A stretch of 64,000 nt of DNA from NCBI GenBank assembly GCA_002633005.1, contig NMRA01000549.1:209698-273697 (forward strand). The letters are read 5' to 3'. Shown here piece after piece: positions 1 to 32,692 of this stretch. A program made the translations under genes and the position numbers. How positions within the stretch are numbered: position 1 is the first letter of the stretch; every line of letters begins with the position of its first letter. The stretch is from Phoronis australis (lineage: Eukaryota > Animalia > Phoronida). The notes under the pieces are model-generated. The model worked only from the letters and a program-made list of their open reading frames with translations, did no database searches and was not told where the DNA came from.

Positions 1-367
1 TAATACTATCACAAAGAATTTTTAGTGGTATCATAAAAATGAGAAACATCGGATTTTTGCAAATGAAATTTTTTGCTCAGTTCCTCAAATTTATGTGTCA
101 CATGACTGTAAGCGCAGTTGCTTGATATTCGTACACGTTGAATTTAGTCATCTATGGAGTATTAACCACTTGCGGGTTTCCAAACTTAGTAGAAAAGTGG
201 GACGACACTGCCATCTTGTGCTACAGGTCAACACCATTGCACCAAAGGAAGCGGAACAAAAATGTACCTTGCAAAAGGTATTCAGAAACAAGTCCCTTTA
301 TATTTTGTAGAACGTGCCTTATTTCCTCTGCACTCTGCTTGTGTTTCACCTGTATGTCTGTTCACAG

Positions 368-19802
<19,435 letters not shown>

Positions 19803-20159
19803 GTGCGCACGCACATTACAATAGATGTACATGTCCCTGATGTCCTGTAGCGTACTACGCAATCAACATTATTGTGATGGACAGGAATATGGCGTTAGGC
19901 AACACTTGTTGCTTTTTTACATACCATGAAATGTGGGCTTTGTTAAGCAAGTTCATTTGGTAGAGATAGAGACTGAACAGTATTTGTGAGCTGTGTACAT
20001 AGTGGCTCACGTACAACTGTCCTCAGTGTTGAACTGATCTTGTGGAAGGATGTGTACATGTTCATAGTGCTGGAAGATTTTCTTATGATAAGTTGTAGAC
20101 ATTGCTCATCAGTTGTTATGTTGTTGATATGATTTTAATATACATATGTTATTCAAATT

Positions 20160-20320
20160 TGTTTAATTTATTTATTATTGTGATATTTAAAATGAGGGTG
20201 GCCTCTTCAGTGATAGCACTGCTTTCCAAGAGGGCCCTCAACAAGAAAAATAGTAATATAATACAATGAAGTAATAAAATAACAATGAAATATACGTAAC
20301 AAAGATACAATTAAAACAGT
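20160..20320 (-). mobile_element. Probable 3' tail of a non-LTR retroelement in the MCM8 3' region
   Basis: Stem-loop GAGGGTGGCCTCTT..AAGAGGGCCCTC (20193-20238), followed on the minus strand by an AATAATAAATAAATT tail. Confidence 0.4.
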
Positions 20321-23300
20321 TAAGGTTAATGTCAGAATTTTTTGTGGTTACATGATTTTTAGTGTACATTTTCTTGATAACCCATTGTTGCATTTCAAGC
20401 AGGGAAATTGCCTGTGCAAATCAAATAAAAAATACCTTTCAGTGTAGATTTTTTAAAACAGTTGCTTTTTGATGCCAGTGAGTTTCAATGAAATTGAATT
20501 CAGTGAAACGAGACCGTCACTTTCTTTCTAAAAATAGAATTCGTGTAGATGATAATTAAATGCTAATAAGTGTGTTTTAGGGTCGCTGTTCTGGGCTTAG
20601 TCTGTTATTTGACTGTTAATTGACTGTTTTACCTGGCATGCCCTGTGATATCTGACACCAGGTCCCGGATGTACTGCAAATTCCATGATCTTTTTTAGAA
20701 AAAACATTTGCAAAATGCCATCATTTGGCTACATAATTAGCATAACAAATTTGCTCAAAAAAAACATCTGAACTACTAAGGGTAAATGCCCGATGTGCGA
20801 ATTAGGAGAAGCTTAATATGCCATTTTGGGTACTTTTTCAACTAGTCCTTGGCACCTCTATAATTGACGTGAGTATCTCCCACCTGCCTAAGTTTGTGAA
20901 TGGGCTTTGCATCGTCCATATTAAAACTTCGCCTGTCAAACACCAGTAATATTTTATTAATTCGATTAGTTTTTCTAATCCAAAAATATGATGGGATAAA
21001 AGAAAATTGGAAAAAAATAAGAAACTGATATTTGGGAGGCAAATATTCCAAAGTAGAGAACTTTTGTTGAGCTTTTGTTAGGATTTAGCCGAACATAGTT
21101 GTGCATTTCCCTATAGTTTAAGTTTGCAAATTAACTAAGAAGCACAGATTTATTTGAAAATCAGTAAATAACTATCTGGTAGATCAGTATCCAAGTTCAA
21201 GGACATTCCAATGGGTTACTCTTTATGCAACAGGCTAATACAAATATCGAATAATTTAATAGAGTTTAAGAACGTGCCGGGTATACGTAATTCAAACCGG
21301 TCACTCTACGTAACAGGTTATGAAAAAGTCTGTGAGATAATTCCAATGCGCAAAATCGCTGAAACCTAGAACTGGAGGGCAATACACGGCGCTTAGAACA
21401 TTTGATTCCGACTAGAGTTGGTCATCAAAATAGATGGCCGAACTCAGCATGTGACGTGGTTGGGTGCGAAGCCGAAGGAAGAGGTGCAAACCTGGACTTC
21501 AGTCATGGATGTTAACTACTACCCTCATCACATGAAAAACCTGGTTACACTTCACGCTATATTAGGATAACTTTTTGTCATACATTGTCATACAACTATC
21601 CTTCACTGGAAAGGAACAAAAAGAAAAAATATCGATTTTTGTAGATGTTGCTAGGGGTAGTGTTCAAGGTAGTGCGTTAGTCTGTGACTTCTTGGCTCCT
21701 CTTAAAGCCGAGTATACGTGAAATGTGTGTTGACGGAACTGATAGTTGGGTAACACAGGAGCGAAACATTAGTTTATTGAAATCGACATTTCTGAGTTAC
21801 AATGCACGATACACTGACAAAAGCTAAATGACGTCAAACTACATGTATGTGTCTATGATGAAGCATATAACTCATTGCCCTCAGAGATGCACAGCGAGTT
21901 TGGTTGAACAAATGTATATGCATCATTTGGCAATTGAGTACCTTACTGAGCCTTACGAAATGCTATTACTTGTCACAAAATATCAGGCACCCAAAGTTTT
22001 TTTTTTTAAGATTGTGTCAAACTCTAGAAAAATGGCCAAATGTGGCGAATTTCGTATCTGTAAATGGCTGGTTGGATTTATTTGAACTTTCAGATAATAT
22101 GCCTTATGCACTGTACTCCAAAACATGGTTAAGGAATTGTTTTAAGATGTTCCATTTTTGTATGAAAAGCGATCAAAAATTAGTGCTTTTGTTTCTATGA
22201 AAAAATAAAAGTTGGATAAAACAAGCGATATGGGCATGGTGTGACTATATGCACTTAAATGCATTAAAACAATTTGGAGGGCATAACAGCATTATACTAC
22301 ATGAACCCCTCCCATCGCACGCGCCTTCTTTCTAGTTACAAATGACCACAAAGGTGTCGAAAATACTAAAATATTAGGGTTGGCCGGTTTGCTACTAGTT
22401 CATAATCTTTCTTGAGTACTTTAATGAGAGCTGACAATATTAATTTACAGCGATTGAAAAACACTTTTAGTAAAAGAGCAGTCAGTTGAAAAAAGGACAG
22501 GTAATATATAAATTCACCTTGCTAAGGCGGACCCCAAGTCCCGGGTAAAAAGCCTGATACATTGCGAAATTTCAGTGACCTGCTTAGTGCGGCCACTACA
22601 TTAATGTAGTCAATAGTGGGTCGTCAGTTAGGTCGTAAGTGAGTGACTGGTGGGTGGTGACGTGCACCGGGGTTTCCATCGTTTCATCACAACATTTAAG
22701 ACATGAACATCTGCCGTGACATATAAATATAGAATTATAAAGTACTCCAGAAGTAACGAGCGAGAGTGTCATATTCCACATGTGGATTTGAAGCCACAAG
22801 TCGAGCACGGTCTCTGCGGAAGACTTAAAGCCTTTTGGACTGCCTGGTGTTAGATTTTGTTGTGAGTTGCATGCCTAATCAGTTGTCTGTACTGATTTCC
22901 ATATTCATATTGTGTTGTAAGTCTATTTTGACTTCGTCTCTTGTCACAGTCTGGACATTCGCGGACTTTACTACTTTATGGGCGCGTGTTTCAGTACTCG
23001 TCATAACGAAATAACGGCTACAATGAGATAATTACGCTAGTAGTTAAGGCCGACGTACCCACGGAGCCCTCGTCCACCATAGAGGGGTGATCTGAAGTCA
23101 CCGTGACCAATTTGGGCCCGCGGTAGCCGCCGCGCGCCAGGCAAAATCTTGAACCAGATTGTTGTTCGGCGCGCGCCTCGTTACTCGGCCTAGTCGGCTA
23201 AAGCAGTGCCGACTGCCAGGCGGTGATGCAATAGAAACAGAAACTTGGGCGATCAATGGTAGATTTTTTTCTGATACAGGCCATGCCCGCGAACTCGGCC

Positions 23301-23889
23301 AAGAAAGACACGAAATGACATTCGTTTTTTCGTATATCGAGGATTCTTTGACGGATGCGAAAAGGAGTGAATTCACGCACTAGCCTTTTTGGCGCCCGAA
23401 ACAGGCCCTGTGATGAGCCCCGCCTCTCTGCAAGACTATGTATATACTTCATCTAGTCGCCACTAGTCGGCCCGGGGCCCCCGGCCTGCCAATCGTACTG
23501 ATCAAGGCACTCACAATTACTAAATGTAAATGGGCAAATGGGTACATGCAACTGGTGCATTTTGACACTTGACCACATTTTGACTCGACGTTTTCAGTTC
23601 GGCAGTGCATGCTATGGTTTGCTGTTTTTTTGTTTTTTTTTTTACAAAAATTCAGTGCTCTGAATAGCTGCGGAGGCTGAGCAGAAATGGTTAACATGCA
23701 TGTCTTACTGTTATTGAGCACTGCACGAGAAAATTCGCTTCCAAAATTTTTATTGGGTGTCCGCTGGGGTTGCTAATTACACAGTTTGCTACATCATGTA
23801 AATAGTTTGTTTACAGCCGTTCAGCAGGCCCCACTCGGCGGCCTGTCGGCTGGTAAACCTATTCTGATAATGTTATTATTTCTGAGCAC

Positions 23890-23902
23890 AACAAGATGGC
23901 TG
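23890..23902 (+). promoter_or_regulatory. YY1-type motif (CAAGATGGCTGC) at the probable ABCB10 first non-coding exon
   Basis: AAGATGGC core downstream of a CpG-richer region (~23050-23850). Candidate donor GAG|GTGCGT at 24024 and acceptor TTTCAG at 24536. Confidence 0.45.
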
Positions 23903-24636
23903 CGCCCATCGTTGAAGTCAGTTGGCCGACAGAATCTATTTAAAGTTCTTAATTAAACAATATTTATCTGTCGGTCATGTGTAAACAGTTGCGTGGAAGA
24001 AAATAATTGTGGAAGAGAATCGAGGTGCGTTTTTACACTTACTGCCTTGCTCTGTATTGTTAGTAACCAGTCCCGGCTTTACTAGGGCGGCTTGTGCCGG
24101 GTTGTGCGCTGTGGCTGTCCTGGGATGGGGCTTGGCCTGAGCAACACCAACGAGTAGTCGTGGCCTTCAGACATACACGAGCGATATTGCCTAATACCAA
24201 CCCTAACACAGAGTCTGTGAAGTTTACTAAAACAAGGCGGTATGAGAAACAGACATTCGTTTTGCCCATCTTCTTACCATACCATAAACACTCAGTTTAT
24301 GGTACACAGTTCACTGTGGCCTTTAAAGTGGCTACAGTAACCCTGCCTTCCATCAATAAGTAACTTGATTTAGACGACTTACTGCAATCTGTTACTAACC
24401 TATATGGAAGGTGCCTCTTTGGAATTTAGTGTGTTAGTCTAAAACTATATTCACAAGGCTGTGATGTGAACAGATACGCAGAAGTGCGTGAGAAATCCTG
24501 TCTACACTTTTGATGTCTTATATCCTTTACTTTTCAGCCAGCCTGCCTTTGATGATTTTGTTGAAGCCCTGTCCTGGGAATGCATTCATGTGACGGCATA
24601 TAGCCAAGAAACTAAGTGCGTTGGTGACATAACAAG

Positions 24637-27600
24637 ATGGCAACTTTAGTGCTTTTTCTAAAACATTCAGGATCTCTTAATCATTTGAAATCTACTTGTG
24701 TCAGGCTGTCAAGCCCAGGTGTACAGTATCGCCATGTAAGACAGCTTGTAACATTTAACAAAATATGCCATAGAAACTTGAAGCGTGTTAATAAGTCCGT
24801 GATTGGATATATGACACGAGATGTTCCGAGGCGAAAAGTATTTCTCAAAGGTGATGCCCCAGAGAAGGCAGTGAAGTTATCGGCAGCGAAGCACAGTGAT
24901 GTAACACGTCTGATGCGATTGGCTAAACCAGAGAGATGGAGATTGTTAGGTACTCAGCTTCTTATTAAGCTTTGTTTCATAGTTTTTAATTTCTGCTTCG
25001 AAATGAAGATTTTTATGGAGAGTTTGTTGCTGCTGACAGGTGGTCTTTGTTGGATTCAGAGTCCTCTTGCTCATCTCAGGTTAAAAGGTATAATCAGTAA
25101 GTGCCTGTGTTTTCTGATATGAGGGAATTTTTGCAATGGGATTAAAAATGCACGTCGCGTTATGCATTGCTAGATCAACTACCGATATCAACTTTCCATG
25201 CGGTTTCACTGTGACTAGCTTGAATAAAGGGCTGTGATGAATTATTTTCTTAACTCAATACAATGATAAAACTGTTTTCAAATTTTGCTACATATAATAA
25301 ACAACTCTGTCTAAAGGGTGCAAACCATGTCATTTTAGAATGTGAACATTTCTGATTAAAAAAATGCTGATGATGCCGAGTCTCTAGACCAGTGGAAACT
25401 GATTTTAACCTCGATGCAATTTTTTATTATTTGAGGGAGGGTTGGGAATGGTGGGGTTTTGAATGTTCAAAGGATGCTTAGGCCGATATTTGCCCCAATA
25501 ATGGAACATTGATTGATTTTCTCTTACATGTGCAGTGTTTTATATGGAGTTGTCATCTGTGGGCCCAATTCTATATGAAATGATTACTGCATTCAGTCTG
25601 TGACAATGAAATTGCAGTGTTAATAAAAGAATGTGACCTTGGTTTTGATTTATATGGTAAAGTATCGCCTATTTAGGATACAATATGTTGAACGAGTGTA
25701 ATTTTATTTTCTCTCCTCGTAGCATCACACTGTAATGTTGAAGTTCCTTACTGTAGCTATCACCAAACATTATTTTAAAAAATTGTGCGTATTCACAGCA
25801 ATGTTAGGAGCCATAGAGAAATCAAAAGGACAATTTTGCCAACCATTTTGTCCGAAATGTGTGTGATTTTATGGTAGTTTGACTCATCATGTTTTACAGT
25901 TGATAGCAATACAATAATAACTCTGATTAAGACTGCAGTGATGTCACGACTGAAGTTGATCAAGATGGTGAAAATGTTGATTCCATTGATACTGATAGTG
26001 AGGACTTATTTCAGTTTGCCAATTGTCTTCATACAGAAGGAATATTTGCAGAGCTTTGTTGATGCTAATGATGATGTCAATGGTAAAAACTCTTTGTGTT
26101 TTTTACAGGCGCAGTTGGTTTACTTCTGATCTCCAGTGTAACTACAATGGCGGTTCCATTTGGAATGGGCAAGATTATTGATATTATTTACAGCGGATCA
26201 TCTGGTCAAGCTGATGACCAGATGATGACCAGACTACAGACAGTGGTCACCATACTGTCGGGGGTCTTCTTAGTCGGGGCTGCTGCCAACTTTGGACGAA
26301 TTTACCTGATGAGTACTTCAGGTATGTATAAAGGACAGGATGTCACCTGATGAGTAGCTCAGGTATGTATGAAGGACAGGATGTCACCTGATGAGTAGCT
26401 CAGGTATGTATGAAGGACAGGATGTCACCTGATGAGTACTTCAGGTATGTATGAAGGACAGGATGTCACCTGATGAGTACCTCAGGTATGTAGAGGATGA
26501 AGGACAGGATGTCAACAATTTGATACACATTGTACACACTTAAGATTGAGGTTAAGGGATCTTTAAGTCTAATAAATTGTTTCACTCGTTAAATTTACTG
26601 GCACGTTCATTTTCATTAAGTGGGTCCCAGGTTAGGACTGCTCACTCTACTTTCCGTTCAACTTGGCTGCTCACATTATAATTTGTAGGTGCTATCTCAG
26701 CTTAAGGGCATGCTCAAGTTCCAATTACCTCCTTTTTTATGGATCTCCCTTAATTTTTGTTTAATAACTGTACAATTATTTAGCTGTGATTTCAATGAAG
26801 CATTGCTGTTTCTTTTAAATGCTTATTAGTCTTTCTGTTTTTGCATTCTGTTATCAGTTCTCATTATTACAGGTCAGAGAATCATTCGCACTCTAAGGAA
26901 CAATCTGTTTTCCTCCATCATGAGACAAGAGGTAGCATTCTTTGATAAGACTAAGACCGGCGAGCTCATCAACCGTCTGTCGACAGACACTTCACTCATT
27001 GGTCAGTCAGTCACTATGAACATCTCTGATGGACTACGGTCGGCAGCACAGGCTGTTGGAGGACTGTCACTTATGGTAATCATTTCCCCCACACTGCATC
27101 ATTTTTATTGTCAACAAAGGGAGTGGAAATACTGACTTAGCCTTTCCAACTTGGCCCTTGGCTAAATTGTATTGCAACTGATACTACAAAGTTTATAACA
27201 ATGAGCATAAGGTCTGAGATTTTATTTTTGTTTGCATTCTAACAAATTATTATTGCTTTATCAGTAGTTTGTTCTGGGTTTCAAAATAATGTAAGATGTT
27301 TTGAAACCAGGAACAAAGTAACATGAGAATTTGCGTTACATGGTGCTAAATTAGTGTTCTTAAATTTTCAACTCATAAAAAATTAAAACACCGTACCTGT
27401 TATTCAAGCAATATTTGCGTGGCTGCTTTGTTTTGTCTAATTGTCTCAACTGTTGAATCGTCTATTTCTTCTTCACTGTCTTCTATTACAGTTCTATGTC
27501 TCGCCAAAGCTGACATTTGTAGTCCTGGGCATTGTCCCTCCTGTTGCCATCTGTGCTGTCCTCTATGGGCGCTACGTTAGAACTATCACCAAGAAGACTC

Positions 27601-30600
27601 AGGACTCGCTTGCTGCTGCAACCATAGTAAGGAATGGTTTTGTAGAGGATTGGAACTTAGTTTTGCCAGCTTAGGGATTTTGTTTATTAACATAAATAAG
27701 GTGGTGATGCAGTAAAATTAGATGCATGAAGACAATTGTGTGTTGCAATGTTACATCAAACCTTTCATTTCGTTTTCTGGCTATTCAGTAGGAAATGTTT
27801 CAACTCCCTTTTGGGGTCCTTGGCTTGAAAAACTTGATGACAACGAGTGAATCTCTCTTGAAAGCCAGTTTTTGTCAGTGGCTGTTTGGAAATGTGTCAC
27901 TGCATGGGACAAGTGAATATGAGTGTATTTTGAAACATAACTATGGGCTGAGTGATTAGTAAGTTCTCGGATCATTTGTGTGCTTTCTCAGTATATCCAT
28001 TTTATCATGCAGCCAACATATAACTTATTTCTGTGTCTGTTGTGACCAAGCTAGAGGTTGGTATAGGTGGCCAATAGATTTTAGAAATCATATTAAAAGA
28101 CAAAAATTGAATAACTGCTGTTTACAGCCTTAATTCAAACAAAAAATGATGTCTAAATCAACACTGCTTGGAAGATTTTAATTAAGTTTACAGACTTTGT
28201 TTGTACACCAGACTGAGTGCTCAATTTCGTCCATTTACTTGTTAAATACTGTCTGTTTTCATCGAACATCTAACATCTGAAGTCACTCACTTTGAAGTCA
28301 CTTACTTTCACTTTAAAGTTACTTTCTTGTAAGTCACTTTGTAGTCACTTTCAAATCACTTACTTTCAAGTCACTTTCAAATCACTTTCTTTCAAGTGCA
28401 TTACCTTCAAGTTACTTAGTAAGTTGCTTACTTTTTAGGTAGCTGAAGAAAGAATAAGTAATATCCGAACTGTTCGTGCCTTTGCTAAAGAAGAAAGTGA
28501 AGTTGTGTCTTACCAGGCAAAAACAAAAGATGTTTTGCTGTTGACTTACAAAGAAGCTTTAGCTAGAGGATTATTCTTTGGAACAGTAAGTACAGAGCAC
28601 ATTTTTGTAGTCTCCTGGGAACTCACTTAATGCAATACTTGAATTGCTTTAAGTGATTATGCTGCAACCTTTGGTTGTTAGTCAGTGTTTGTACTTGTAA
28701 GCGGATCTTTCGTATAGTTTTATTTCATTAGGTCAAATTTTAAGTTTATTTGACAACTTGTTATTAATTAATAAAATGCTACACTGATTTGTGACTTCTA
28801 ATTGACATCTAATGGATAAAATATTGAATAGTTGCTGCTCAATTTTAAAAGCTAATGTTGAAGACTCAAACGACTTGAAATTCGTTTGCCAGAAGGTGTG
28901 TTGGCAGCTATAAAATCTCATAGCCGTGGAGCCAATCTGGGGTGCTTTTAACCCTTATCCTGCTGACACCCTTGTCAAACTAATTCCCTTGCGTGCTGAG
29001 GTAAGTAGGTCTGACACCACAACAGCTGTATGTTGGGCTGTTATGAAGGTCATTCAGTTTAATGACATAACATTGTTAAAAATGAAAACTTGAATGGGGA
29101 ATGTTAGCGGTGGTCAGGATAAGAGTTGTTCAGTATTTAATGGAGATTTTAGCTATGTCATCTTTATCATAACCAAAATATAAATAAACCTGTGAAGCTT
29201 CAAAGAGGCAGTTAGTGGTTTTTTATTTTGTGTTTTTAGTTTTGACTCGAGATAATGCCTATCGTCAACTGATTCTAGGTTTTTAATATCTTGTCTAAAT
29301 AAATACATCTTACTAATACTATATTCTGTGGACCATTCCATTGATGATAAAGGAATTTCAAAATAACATAGATTTAGTCAAAAGTATCTGTCTTTATATC
29401 AATGCTGTTGTAAAAACTTTTTTGGAGAATAGAATTTTTCATTTTGTGGGCAATATGTTTCTTTTTGTTTGAAACATAAAAATTTAGAATTTGTTTCAAT
29501 GGGTTTCAATTGTTGTGTTTTATTGTGTCCATTTGATAACAAATGGATCTTATTTATTAATCTTTCTTAATTTTGATTAAATTTTGTTCTTTTTGATATG
29601 TTGTTGTTGACCTTTCCCTAGGCTGGTCTGTCTGGTAACCTGATCATCTTGGCTGTTCTGTATTATGGTGGAGGAATGATGAATGAGGCCCATCTGACTG
29701 TGGGAGACTTGACCTCGTTTCTGCTCTATGCTGCATACATAGGCGTGTCCATTGGCGGTTTGAGCTCCTTCTACACAGAGATGATGAGGGGCCTAGGGGC
29801 CAGCTCCCGGCTCTGGCAATTGATGGACAGACAACCGGCTATTCCTGTCAACTGTATGTAGAGTACAGAAGTGATGATATTGTACAGTGTCTAGGATTAA
29901 GTTTACAAGCAGTATTTTACCATGTCCATGTATATTCACAAGTAGTATAATTGTACCATGCTCAGGATTAAGCTTACAAGCAGTTCTGTGCCATATCCCA
30001 GATTAAGCTCGCAAGTGGTATTTTTATGCACTCACATATAGGCCAAAACAGCTTAGTTGGTTCAGGTGTGCACCACAATTGGCATTTGACCCTGTCTTGC
30101 TACTTCAAGAAAAATGCACTTGCTCCCATTGATTTTATTCAAGATCTCAAACTTATTTTTGAAAAGTTGACAGTCACCATCTCATCAATTTTCATAAAAA
30201 ACACAGACCTGAACTAATTAATTTTTGGCCTCGTATGTGCTTTCTGCATCCCAGCGTGCGATGTTTGCTGCAGTATTTCTCAAATCCCTATAAGATCTTT
30301 AGACTTTGGTTAGTGTGGTCTTTTAGTATGTATGGCAGGGATGGAGGATGACCTTCGGACTAACTCGGCTACTGCTGTGCCTCCTATAGGAGTTTTATTG
30401 CTTTGTGTTTCCTTTAATTTCTGCTAAGTCCCTCAATGGATCTTTACGAAACTTGACAGATGTGTTTGTGTCAAAGATGGGATCATGTCTCCCAACAATT
30501 TTTGGACGACTCCATTATTCATTTTGTGCACCCCTGAGTCGTATTTTTAAGTATCTACAAAACCCCTTAGAGAATCATCGATAGCAAATGTTGAATTAAG

Positions 30601-32692
30601 CAAGACTGACATCGATTATTTAATAATATCCTACTGCTGCATTGCCTCTAGTGGTTTTCTTTGTAAGCAATCTCAGTATCTTCGATGATTGCATTTTCTC
30701 GTGTAACTAGCAATGTTAAACTTGATTTTAAGTTGCTCACTCTAGTGCGTGGAAGTGTTTGAAATTAGTGCATACTCCTGATATCTTTGCTGTATGTTCA
30801 CAGTAGGCTCTGTGTTGATGTTGGTGTGTTAAACCTTCTCAAACTAATTTGAGGTTTGGGAAGTGCATGGAATCTCACTTTCAAAGTCATGTCAGTATTT
30901 TTTTTTGCATTTTACTTCTGATTGTCATTTCAGCTGGGCTGGACCTACCTGAACCTTTTGAAGGTAGAATCTCGTTCAAAAATGTCACTTTTAATTATCC
31001 AATGCGCGAGGACATGCCGATATTCACCGATCTGTCACTTGAGGTCCCTGCTGGTAAGGTGCTGGCGGTGGTGGGTCCAAGTGGTTCTGGCAAGTCCACA
31101 GTTGGGTCACTGATACTCAGATACTATGACGCAATTAAAGGTGAGTGGACTGGAATATTGCACTTGATACTCACTACTGTCAACATGTTTGGGATTTGCG
31201 TTTTTTCTACAAGTTAGCTAATTTCCATTTTTGTGTAGTTTTGTCTCATTTGCATTCAATAGCACAGTTAATTTTTGTTACAAATAATCTTCTCCCTGCA
31301 GGAAGTATATTTATTGATGGCGTGGACATCACGAAGCTCAATCCTCATTGGTTGCGTAATCACATCGGAACAGTGAGTCAGGTAATGGAGCAAAGTTCAA
31401 GCTTGTCAGATTGTTTCATCTTCAAATGTCACCTACACTCACACTTTTGGTACCAAATTGTCTGTTATCATTGTAATATTAAAACCATTTTGAAAAAAAT
31501 TAGAGGTATGCATAGTAATTGATGATGTAATCCATTTGATTTTGCCAGTGTTGCTCAGTCCTTTAATTTGTTCCCCTCTAAATCTTGGAATATTGGTCTT
31601 TTAAATAATTTAAATTGTTTTTGAAATGTTGAAATGAGCCGTCGTAGTAAGGCTTTAATTAATATTTTCTGTGAATTTGTGCATCATGAAATAAATACCA
31701 TGGCAATATGGCAATATACCACAAAAAACAAAGCCTCCCTCTCTTTTATTCCAGGAACCTGTGTTGTTCTCTTGTTCTATTGCTGACAACATCTCCTACG
31801 GTGCTGGTGACCCCATAAGTGTAACTCCGGCTGATATTGTAGCAGCAGCGAAGCAAGCTAATGCTCACACGTTCATAGAAACATTCCCTGACAAGTACGA
31901 CACAATTGTGGGTGAGAGAGGACTTATGTTGTCAGGTGGTCAGAGGCAGAGAGTAGCCATAGCCAGGGCCATTATCAAGAATCCAAAGATCCTGCTTTTG
32001 GATGAAGCTACAAGGTGATTTGGTTGCTTTGGGGGTGTGGTTTGTGTACATGTTCTCATTTGGTCAGTGAGGTTGATTTTATGGTCAGTTATCAAAATCA
32101 TTTTAATAGGAAAATTTGCCCTGAAATAATTACATCAGATCGGTCAATCTGAGTGTATGTTTCAGTCACCATACCTCCCGAGTGTATGTCTCAGACACCA
32201 TACCTCCGTGAAAGCCTTTTAGTTTTGATTTTGTGATGTTCAGAAGAAAAGGTCTGAAAGAAGGCTGGTTGACACTTCTTGTTTGCTCTCCAAGACCCAA
32301 TTTTTAACACATTACTGTCGTAACTTGGTTAATCTTAGCTTAAAGTTGAAGTTGAGGTCTCTAGAAGTATGCGCAATCTCACTTGAAGGTTGTATTTGTT
32401 GAAGTTTTGTTGAAAGACTGTACCTTGAATAGATATTGATTGTTTGATGCTGTTTTACAGTGCCCTTGATGCAGAGAGTGAGTTCTTAGTTCAAGAAGCA
32501 TTGGACCGGCTGATGATTGGACGAACTGTGATCACAATAGCACACAGACTATCCACCATAAAGAATGCTGATCTGATCGCGGTTATAGACCAGGGTCAGG
32601 TGGTGGAAACTGGCAATTACAGAGACTTGATGATGATAGAAGGGGGCTTGTTTAGGAAACTAGTCGAACGACAGACTATTGAAAATAGGTGA
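24637..32692 (+). CDS. ABCB10: Mitochondrial ABC half-transporter, subfamily B member 10 (10 coding exons)
   Basis: Exons 24637-24949, 26109-26321, 26873-27075, 27492-27626, 28439-28585, 29622-29853, 30934-31140, 31302-31381, 31755-32014, 32461-32692. Basic, presequence-like N-terminus. TM-domain motifs [20 protein letters not shown] and [15 protein letters not shown]. Walker A GPSGSGKS, signature LSGGQRQR, Walker B/D-loop LLLDEATSALD, H-loop IAHRLST. Confidence 0.95.
26305..26514 (+). repeat. 41-bp tandem repeat x5 spanning the ABCB10 donor at 26321
   Basis: CCTGATGAGTA(CT/GC)TCAG|GTATGTATGAAGGACAGGATGTCA at 26305, 26346, 26387, 26428 and 26469. Confidence 0.97.
28279..28438 (+). repeat. 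Short-unit (10-18 bp) repeat ending at the ABCB10 acceptor 28438
   Basis: AAGTCACTT(ACTT)TC units; the last unit AAGTTGCTTACTTTTTAG is the acceptor. Confidence 0.75.
29860..30025 (+). repeat. Degenerate ~35-bp repeat directly after the ABCB10 donor at 29853
   Basis: ACAAGCAGT..T.TGTACCATG..CAGGATTAAG units, ~4-5 copies. Confidence 0.65.
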
